A DNA stretch of 64,000 nt from NCBI GenBank assembly GCA_963742415.1, contig CAVULX010000003.1, positions 704,001 to 768,000 of the forward strand. The letters are read 5' to 3'. This document shows positions 57,042 through 64,000 of this stretch, in pieces. This DNA is from an uncultured Parachlamydiaceae bacterium. GTDB lineage: Bacteria > Chlamydiota > Chlamydiia > Chlamydiales > Parachlamydiaceae. The position numbers were made by a program, and so were the translations under genes. Each line of letters starts with the position of its first letter. The stretch's first letter is position 1. The notes beneath the pieces are model-generated. The model had not been told where the DNA came from and did no database searches. It saw nothing but the letters and a program-made list of their open reading frames with translations.

Positions 57042-58130
57042 ATGAACATAAATAAGTTCGTTTTCAGCCACGTCCGCAAATGGATTGTAGCCTTAGCCTC
57101 GATCCTTGTTTTGACGACCACGTTCGTGAAGGGCGATCAGTGCGACGTCTGTAATGACCGATGCTGCATTGGCTATCTGGCTGACTTTAGTGGTAATGTC
57201 TTAGTTATCGATTTAAATGCAGGCTTAGTCCTTCAAACTATTCCTACCGGATCTGGGACGACTGGCATTGCCTATGCACCTACCGAACACAAAATGTTTG
57301 TGGCCAACGAACTTGCTGGTACGGTCACAGTGATCGACACCGATACCAACGTTGCGCACGATATCTTCAATGATCCAGGCAGCAAGCCAAATGGCGTTAC
57401 TCTTGCACCTGATCGCCGTCATATGTGGGTCACTTTAAGTAGTAAGAACCTTAGCGGCCCCAATGGCGACTCCGCGTTCGGTGCTCTAGCAAAATTCGAC
57501 ATACACACCGAAGCGTTGTTACAGTTGATTTCTCTCGACGAGCCCTATGGGTTCCCACTCGACATTCAATTTTCGCGCAATCGCATTTATGTGGTCGAAC
57601 ACTTCGAAGAAAATCCCACGTTGGGTGGCGATATCGCAGTATTAGACGGAGTCACAGGGGCTATCTTAAATCATTTCCCAGTTGGTAATGGTACCTTACC
57701 GGCAAGTATCGCGCCAACACCAGATGGCAGGACCCTTTATATTTCTGGAGAGGGGGCATCGCGGGTACTTGCTTTAGATGCCGATACGGGTGCCTCTTTC
57801 GCAATTCCGACTGATTTCGGCCCGATCAAGCTCTGCATAACCAGAAATGGAAAGTATGTCTGGAGTACAAATTTTGGGGGCAGCAGCGTTTCGAAGATCG
57901 ACACCGACACAAACGCTGTTGTAGCCGATATCGCTGTGCCCGGATCTCCGTTCCTTGGTACACTTAGTCCCGACGAGAACACTTTTTACTGCGGAAACTT
58001 TTTCGATGCCACCATTGCTGTAATCGATACAAATGTAAATATGATACAGAGAATTTTCAGCATTGGCACTCCGGGTGTTACCCTTCCTGTCGAATTGGCT
58101 ATTGTACAGCGACAACCTGTTCAGCCATAA
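57042..58130 (+). CDS. Secreted YVTN/YncE-family beta-propeller protein
   Basis: Signal peptide and repeats FVANELAGTVTVIDTDTN, WSTNFGGSSVSKIDTDTNAVV, TIAVIDTN. Start at ATG 57042 behind AGGGGG. Confidence 0.85.
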   Translation: MNINKFVFSHVRKWIVALASILVLTTTFVKGDQCDVCNDRCCIGYLADFSGNVLVIDLNAGLVLQTIPTGSGTTGIAYAPTEHKMFVANELAGTVTVIDTDTNVAHDIFNDPGSKPNGVTLAPDRRHMWVTLSSKNLSGPNGDSAFGALAKFDIHTEALLQLISLDEPYGFPLDIQFSRNRIYVVEHFEENPTLGGDIAVLDGVTGAILNHFPVGNGTLPASIAPTPDGRTLYISGEGASRVLALDADTGASFAIPTDFGPIKLCITRNGKYVWSTNFGGSSVSKIDTDTNAVVADIAVPGSPFLGTLSPDENTFYCGNFFDATIAVIDTNVNMIQRIFSIGTPGVTLPVELAIVQRQPVQP

Positions 58131-58152
58131 TTTAGAATAGTTTTGCCTGAGC

Positions 58153-58189
58153 GGCGCAGCTTTTCTTCAATAGAAAAGCTGTGCCTTTT
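58153..58189 (+). terminator. Intrinsic terminator after YVTN gene
   Basis: GGCGCAGCTTTTCT-TCAAT-AGAAAAGCTGTGCC followed by TTTT. Confidence 0.7.
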
Positions 58190-58284
58190 CTAAGTAAAGC
58201 AAGCTTAGAGCCTTAACCGATACAGCCGACAGGTAACCCTATCTGATTGGCTGTTTTGCAATTACAATCCCTTCACCATTTGAT

Positions 58285-60942
58285 GTGAGAGGACGGGAGC
58301 TGTTAAGCTCTCTCTTGCGTGATCTGCCTGGGAATTTCCTACCCTCTTTTTATGCTAATAAACATTTTAATAAGCATTGTTTGCACGGCAATCTCACCGG
58401 AGCTAATCCAGCCCCTTTGATCATCGATGATGGCTCTTCGCTCGACCGCAACAATCTCGCCGATGTGACCGAACAACACATCAAACGGATCCAAAACCGT
58501 CAAGATTTTCCTTTAGGGCTCCCCGAAGTAATCGAAGAAAAATATGTAGACATAGTGACAGGGGAAGAGCATCTGTTGAAGAAGAAAGTCAATAGTTACG
58601 ACCGCAAGGGAAGGCTTTCGCAGCAAAGGGTGTATGATCGTGATCATGTTCTAGCATATAAGCTCGAATGGCAATACAACGAACGAGGACAAGTCACCAA
58701 AGAGGTCAATGCCTTGGGACAAACCACCCAAAGGAAGTATGATGAGAATGGCAACAAGATCTATGAACAAGGTCCAAATCGTGAGGTCCATCACGAATAT
58801 CATTACGACTACTTGTCCCGCCCGATCAAGGAGGAGGTCTATTCACCTGAAGGGATTCTTCTTCAATGCATCACACGCCATTACAATGCTTTTCATTTGA
58901 TGCAAGAATCCGACGCGGCCGGTCATCACACCTCTTATAGCTACGATGGCGCAGGGCGTTTGATAAGAATAGAAAAAGGGAACAGCAAAACAGAATATCT
59001 CTACGATTCATTAGGCCGCCGCAACGAAAAACGGGAGTACCTGACTTCTAATCAATATATAGCTACCCACTACATCTTTGATTTACTCGACAGGATCATT
59101 GAAGAAACCGTCCAGGATGCCACGGGGGCAGTCTATAATAAAAAAACCTACGCCTATGATGAGGCTGGCAACCGCTATCAATTCATCACCTACAACCTAG
59201 CTGGAACATCGATTTCGAAGATGCGTTATAATCCCCATGGCGATCTTATTGAATCCACCGACGCATTAGGACATCACACTCGCTACAGATACTATTATCC
59301 TGCTGCCAACTGCACAGAGATGATTGACCCCTTAGGACATGTCACGTTGACAACCAAAGATGCCATGCAGCGGATTGTTCACATCGAAGTGAAAAATCCT
59401 TTTGGACAGTTGATCAAAAAAAGTGAATTCCGCTACGACCCACTCGGAAACCGTACAAGCCAAATCGATACAGTATTGACTCCTGAAGCCTCCCTACACA
59501 CAATCACAACATTATGGTCTTACGATCCGATGCAGCAGATAACACGCTTGGTTGAAGCAGCCGGAACTCCAGACCAAAAATGTACCCGCTATGAGTTTAA
59601 GCAGGGACAATTAGCTGCTAAAATTAAACCTGACGGCACAAAATTGTGTTATCGTTATGACGCTTTGGAACGGATACAAGAAGTTTCAGCATCTGACGGC
59701 TCGATTCACTATACCTATGAATATGACTTAAATGGCAACCCCCTTCATATTCATGACTTGAAAGAGGGGACCATTACTCATCGTGAATATGATCATTTGG
59801 ATCATCTCGTTAAAGAAACCCTTGGGAATGGTTTCGAATTATGGTATGAACATGATCCATTTCATAGACGCCTTTCAAAGGTTTCCTATGAATGGGATGG
59901 AGATTGGAAACCCACTCAAACTGTCCGTTATCTGTATCAAGGCAATAAAGAGATAGGAGCTTGTGATGAGCAAGGGAAGGTAACAGAGCTAAGGGTGCTG
60001 GGACAAGGCTTGACAGGTTCCGACATTGGTGCTGCGGTAGCAATTGAACTGCAAGGGAAGGTCTATGCGCCCCTTCATGATCATTTAGGAAATATTGTCA
60101 GCTTAATTAATGCCGACGATGGTTCGGTTTATGAAACCTATCGTTATTCTGCTTTTGGCGAAGAACAAATGTTTGATGCTAGCGGACAGCAACAAGCGGA
60201 ATCCCTCAACTCATGGAGATATTCAAGCAAGCGGAAGGATCCCGAAACAGGCTTTATTAACTTCGGCATGCGTTACTATGATCCGGCTATTAGCCGCTGG
60301 TTGACGCCCGATCCAGCGGGATTTGTTGACGGCATGAATCTTTATGCTTATATTCGTAATAACCCATTGCGCTATATCGATCCTGATGGGCGGTTTGCAT
60401 TTCTAGTTGCGGCGGCATTACCGCTGCTCACAATTGCATTTGGAACTGAAATTGCGATTTCGACTGTCACAATTGCAGCCATTACGGAAGCCGTCGTTTG
60501 TGCTGTTGCCATCTATGGCACAAATACATTTTTAGAAGATATTGACATGCGGTTGGATCGACGATACCATCATATGTCCATGAGCCAAGCGCAGAATGAA
60601 AGCACTCTAACCCCTTCAGAAGTAGAGGAAAAAAAGAGAAAAGAAGAAGAACTCGCACAGTCAGATGTAGATAAGGGGGAGCAGCTTTGCAAGAAAAAGC
60701 CTGGTAATAAAATTTCAAAGCTTGAAGACGAAATCAGTGAATGGCTAGGAGAAGATGCTAAAAAAGTCAAAAATAAAGCAGGGGACGTAGTCTTTCTTTC
60801 CGAAGATGGCAAAAAAAAAGTAAGATTTGACTTCAATCATCCAGCTCCTCATTGTAATCCTCATGGACATGTAGAAGAGTTTATTAACGGAAGGTGGAAC
60901 AAATCTGGACCAATTTATCCAGCTGACGTTCCTCATTATTAA
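58285..60942 (+). CDS. Rhs/YD-repeat polymorphic toxin (probably N-terminally truncated) with C-terminal His-rich toxin tip
   Basis: Many YD repeats and the Rhs core SKRKDPETGFINFGMRYYDPAISRWLTPDPAG...NLYAYIRNNPLRYIDPDG. Tip is VRFDFNHPAPHCNPHGHVE. The GTG start is weak. Confidence 0.88.
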   Translation: MRGRELLSSLLRDLPGNFLPSFYANKHFNKHCLHGNLTGANPAPLIIDDGSSLDRNNLADVTEQHIKRIQNRQDFPLGLPEVIEEKYVDIVTGEEHLLKKKVNSYDRKGRLSQQRVYDRDHVLAYKLEWQYNERGQVTKEVNALGQTTQRKYDENGNKIYEQGPNREVHHEYHYDYLSRPIKEEVYSPEGILLQCITRHYNAFHLMQESDAAGHHTSYSYDGAGRLIRIEKGNSKTEYLYDSLGRRNEKREYLTSNQYIATHYIFDLLDRIIEETVQDATGAVYNKKTYAYDEAGNRYQFITYNLAGTSISKMRYNPHGDLIESTDALGHHTRYRYYYPAANCTEMIDPLGHVTLTTKDAMQRIVHIEVKNPFGQLIKKSEFRYDPLGNRTSQIDTVLTPEASLHTITTLWSYDPMQQITRLVEAAGTPDQKCTRYEFKQGQLAAKIKPDGTKLCYRYDALERIQEVSASDGSIHYTYEYDLNGNPLHIHDLKEGTITHREYDHLDHLVKETLGNGFELWYEHDPFHRRLSKVSYEWDGDWKPTQTVRYLYQGNKEIGACDEQGKVTELRVLGQGLTGSDIGAAVAIELQGKVYAPLHDHLGNIVSLINADDGSVYETYRYSAFGEEQMFDASGQQQAESLNSWRYSSKRKDPETGFINFGMRYYDPAISRWLTPDPAGFVDGMNLYAYIRNNPLRYIDPDGRFAFLVAAALPLLTIAFGTEIAISTVTIAAITEAVVCAVAIYGTNTFLEDIDMRLDRRYHHMSMSQAQNESTLTPSEVEEKKRKEEELAQSDVDKGEQLCKKKPGNKISKLEDEISEWLGEDAKKVKNKAGDVVFLSEDGKKKVRFDFNHPAPHCNPHGHVEEFINGRWNKSGPIYPADVPHY

Positions 60943-60957
60943 CATCAAAAATAACTT

Positions 60958-61197
60958 ATGCGTATACTAGATGAAATTTCTGACAAATCTTTGGAAAATG
61001 TGATCTTATATTTAACTCAATTAGAAGCATTGGAGCTAAGGGATAGCCTAAATGATCTTTTAAAAAAACCTTTAAATAACCATAGTCATATATCTAGTGA
61101 TGATTTTCAAAAAGAAGTAACTGTTTGTATTTATGATGTAGAGAACTTAAATGGATTTAATGCAAGATCTATCGATCTAATTATAAATGACAAATAA
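60958..61197 (+). CDS. Probable cognate immunity protein of the Rhs tip
   Basis: 79-aa acidic, AT-rich ORF starting 15 nt after the Rhs stop. Called from position only. Confidence 0.65.
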   Translation: MRILDEISDKSLENVILYLTQLEALELRDSLNDLLKKPLNNHSHISSDDFQKEVTVCIYDVENLNGFNARSIDLIINDK

Positions 61198-61247
61198 ATA
61201 AAATTAAATAGCAAATAAAAATCGCATTTATTTTGAAATAAACCTAT

Positions 61248-61670
61248 ATGGAAAATGATCTGTTTTGCTCGTTACAAAATTGGTATCTTGCTCAGTGCGA
61301 TGGAGATTGGGAACATGAATATGGAATTAAAATTGAAACAGTCGACAATTCTGGGTGGTATATATCTATAAATTTAATAGGAACTGATTGCGACAATCAT
61401 CCTTTTTCACCCATCCAAATGGAAATAGATGAAATGAATTGGTACTTTTGTTTGGTGCGAAATAATAATTTTGAAGGATCATGTGGACCATGTAATCTTG
61501 CTGAAATTTTACAAATTTTTCGCAAATGGGCTGAAAGCTGCCAAAAAGAGGGGTGTCTTAAGAAAAGATTCGATTTGATAAGGGCGATCCAATGGAACAG
61601 GGACATGGTGCAAATGACCATTATCATAAATACAACCCAAATTCAACAGGAAAACATGATAAATATTTAG
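61248..61670 (+). CDS. Immunity protein Imm53 family (C-terminus reads into following fragment)
   Basis: LQNWYLAQCDGDWEHEYGIKIETVDNSGW...INL and FEGSCGPCNL..ILQIF match the Imm53 pattern. Confidence 0.8.
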   Translation: MENDLFCSLQNWYLAQCDGDWEHEYGIKIETVDNSGWYISINLIGTDCDNHPFSPIQMEIDEMNWYFCLVRNNNFEGSCGPCNLAEILQIFRKWAESCQKEGCLKKRFDLIRAIQWNRDMVQMTIIINTTQIQQENMINI

Positions 61671-61745
61671 ACCACAATGGAAACTCAACATCGGATAGCA
61701 GTGATGAGTCTCATCTTTATCCCCCTGAAGGGATTTTTTGGAGAG
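61562..61745 (+). pseudogene. Orphan polymorphic-toxin C-terminal tip fragment
   Basis: KIRFDKGDPMEQGHGANDHYHKYNPNSTGKHDKYLDHNGN...SHLYP, a His-containing nuclease-like tip with no Rhs body. The frame stays open to 61906. Confidence 0.55.
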
Positions 61746-61911
61746 GATCAATGGGTGCTTCTTTTAAAAAAGCTGTTTCCCTAGTTGAGACTTCCACAAC
61801 TGCAACAAATCCGTTTTTAACGGGTTCGATTGCGTATTCATACAAAGAATCAAAGAGAACAGGGAATTTAGAATTTACAGGTGAATTAGAACTTGCCATT
61901 CTATAAGTCTA

Positions 61912-62157
61912 TTATTCAATTTCAAAAAAAGGACTTTCTAGTTTAATCCAGGGACTGTGTGGATTTTTAAATATGACATGATTTCTTTCAGCCATCCAAA
62001 CAGAGCCTTTTTCGGTATCTAAAAGATAAATTTCTCTTTCAGTTGCGCTAATTTGATATTTACCAACCTTTGACCCATTTTCTGAAAGTTGACCTTCATA
62101 GGCAGACAAAAGGTTGAATGTTAAATAAAAAGTCATAATAAAAATCATCTTAAACAT
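61912..62157 (-). CDS. Small hypothetical secreted protein
   Basis: MFKMIFIMTFYLTFNLLSA signal peptide and GKYQIS...YLLDTEKGSVW motif. AAGGTG RBS. Confidence 0.6.
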   Translation of the reverse strand: MFKMIFIMTFYLTFNLLSAYEGQLSENGSKVGKYQISATEREIYLLDTEKGSVWMAERNHVIFKNPHSPWIKLESPFFEIE

Positions 62158-62321
62158 TATAAACACCTTGAGATAGTTTTTGTAATTAAGCCATTGTATT
62201 TTAATGTGCAAATTTGCGGCAAGAGATTAAAATCCGCAAAGACCCTTGGAGCTCTAATTTTTCCTAGAAAATATATCTTAAGGCGAATGAAACTTGAGTT
62301 AGAATATATCAATGAAGATTA

Positions 62322-63221
62322 TCAGAAAAATGGCTTTCCATGCACTGTTTCCATGCACTGTTTGGCAATGAGAGCCTCGTGCAAGGACTTAAATCCGGCA
62401 CTTATATAGGATTCATTCTCCCTATATTTGTGAAAGGGATTGACAAAAATCACCCTGTTTTTTCTAAAGTGTTTTGTAAATGCTCTCGCATAATTAGCAT
62501 AGGCTTGGTCTGATTTTGTATTTCCAGGATAGATAGTGTCTTTAAATTTCCTCTTTCCAAATTCACTGACTAAAGCGCTTAGAGGCATTGGGGTAAAACA
62601 TGCAAAAGTATCTTCAAAAACCTGTCCTTGAACCCTATGATATCGTTGAATTAATTTTCCTTCCATTTTTTGGAGATCATAGAGCTTCTTAGGAGCTAAA
62701 GGGCCTATAATTAAAGCTGCAATGCTTACAGCTGTCATCGCTAAGCCATAAACTGGGGTGCGTACAATGTCGGCTATTGAGTTTAACGAATTATTCAAGC
62801 ATAGTTTTGCAATCTGTTTATTATTTAATTTCTTTTCTGGTTTTTCTGTATTTTTATTATTTTTCAGAGCTTTCAAAATTGTTTTTGTTATAACTACACC
62901 GAGCGAAATTGGAAGGCAAGCTAAATAAATTGTTTTAATAACAGTTTCGATTGGTCTATAAACTGAATGACAAGCCATTTTCAAATATATTATTTTCTTT
63001 GAGGCATCAACATAAGTCTCACCATTTTCTTTATTTATCGTAGGGGCAAAAATATGAATTAATTGATCCGGACATTCCTTACCATTTTCGATAATACTTT
63101 TGTTTTCATTCCAAATGCAAATCAGTCTTCCCCATTTGCACTCTTCACCTTCTGTGTGAAGAATTTGACCGTTTTCAATAAGGTTATTAATAGTATATTT
63201 TATATTATGTGTATTAATCAT
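62322..63221 (-). CDS. Hypothetical membrane protein (two hydrophobic segments; Inc/effector-like)
   Basis: AT-rich 299-aa ORF with hydrophobic IYLACLPISLGVVIT and VYGLAMTAVSIAALIIGPL segments and no signal peptide. Confidence 0.6.
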   Translation of the reverse strand: MINTHNIKYTINNLIENGQILHTEGEECKWGRLICIWNENKSIIENGKECPDQLIHIFAPTINKENGETYVDASKKIIYLKMACHSVYRPIETVIKTIYLACLPISLGVVITKTILKALKNNKNTEKPEKKLNNKQIAKLCLNNSLNSIADIVRTPVYGLAMTAVSIAALIIGPLAPKKLYDLQKMEGKLIQRYHRVQGQVFEDTFACFTPMPLSALVSEFGKRKFKDTIYPGNTKSDQAYANYARAFTKHFRKNRVIFVNPFHKYRENESYISAGFKSLHEALIAKQCMETVHGKPFF

Positions 63222-63491
63222 TTTTACACCTATTTATTTGTTATATATAATAAGTATAAACAATTAAAAAAAAGATTATATAAAGATTAAATTAATTCTT
63301 ATTTATGACTATTCTAAGAAATCTCAATGTCTATTTGGCCACCTTTTTAATAGCCCGGTCGAATCAATCGATTTTAAAGGAGGTAAAATCTTAGACTTAA
63401 AAATTCAAGAAAAAGAAGTGAGCTTATTAGTAATTTGGTATAATTATTCAAGGAATAACCCAAGTTAAAATAAAATTGAGGAAATAAGAAT

Positions 63492-64000
63492 ATGAAAAGA
63501 TACCATTCCCTTTCAGACGAAGAAGATCGGATCATCAACAAAAAAGGCACAGAGTTACCCAATAGCGGTGAATATGATAACCATTCTGAATCGGGAATCT
63601 TCGTCTGCCGACGTTGCGATGCTCCTTTGTACTTATCTTCCGACAAATTTTCCTCCCATTGCGGATGGCCAAGCTTTGATGATGAAATTCCCAATGCCGT
63701 CAAAAAAGTGGCCGATAAAGATGGCAGACGAACCGAAATTCTTTGTCAAAAGTGCGGAGGACATTTAGGGCATGTTTTTGAAGGGGAAAGATTAACCCCT
63801 AAAAACCAGCGGCATTGCGTGAACTCCCTCTCCCTCTCCTTTATTCCTGCCTTTACTAAAGAAGGTTATCAGCGCGCGATTTTTGCCGGAGGTTGCTTTT
63901 GGGGGGTTGAATATCTTCTGAAAAATCAACCAGGAGTGATCCGTACGACCGTAGGATATACGGGGGGTCTAACTGTTAATCCTACATATCAAGAAGTTTG
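63492..64000 (+). CDS. msrAB: Bifunctional methionine sulfoxide reductase MsrB-MsrA fusion (partial, runs off window)
   Basis: Manual translation: KGTE...CRRCDAPLY...[11 protein letters not shown]...[17 protein letters not shown]...RHCVNS (MsrB), then [10 protein letters not shown]...VGYTGG..NPTY (MsrA). Confidence 0.93.
   Translation, partial: MKRYHSLSDEEDRIINKKGTELPNSGEYDNHSESGIFVCRRCDAPLYLSSDKFSSHCGWPSFDDEIPNAVKKVADKDGRRTEILCQKCGGHLGHVFEGERLTPKNQRHCVNSLSLSFIPAFTKEGYQRAIFAGGCFWGVEYLLKNQPGVIRTTVGYTGGLTVNPTYQEV

Noticed and set aside
63374..63768. ORFs 63374..63703 (-) and 63568..63768 (+)
   Set aside because: They are alternative frames over the msrB-msrA gene.
1..64000. CRISPR array, tRNA, rRNA, integrase or transposase
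   Set aside because: No spaced direct repeats, cloverleaf, rRNA-like or recombinase motifs were recognised by eye.

Overview
The window looks like chromosomal DNA from an environmental member of Chlamydiota. This is inferred from the ~720-aa chlamydial-type GreA with a long N-terminal extension, a stand-alone nqrA, and chlamydial-style Rhs and Inc-like ORFs. The left part (1-18 kb) is mostly housekeeping: three glycosyltransferases, bcp, greA (frameshifted), rdgB, a NYN protein, metNIQ, a YjbH-like protein and nqrA, plus several orphan ORFs. The 18-22 kb stretch is a small accessory patch. It holds an AAA_14/DUF4143 ATPase behind a paired palindromic operator that recurs at 12.3 kb, a 66-bp MITE-like element with TATTA flanks, a GyrI-like gene, and an NTF2-like/Gly-rich gene pair bracketed by 3' remnants of glgP and class I aldolase. 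The centre (22-53 kb) is a two-partner secretion locus: a TpsB gene, a 114-bp near-perfect inverted repeat, then a 29.1-kb TpsA gene. TpsA is split into five ORFs by four single-base indels (net zero) and reconstructs to about 9,700 aa, with an HMW1-like TPS domain and a 23-proline tract near a Cys-rich C-terminus. The right part has an amidase, an orphan ORF, a YVTN beta-propeller, an Rhs toxin with immunity genes and an orphan toxin tip, and a partial msrB-msrA fusion. No rRNA, tRNA or CRISPR array was recognised. All calls come from reading motifs by eye; no database searches were run.
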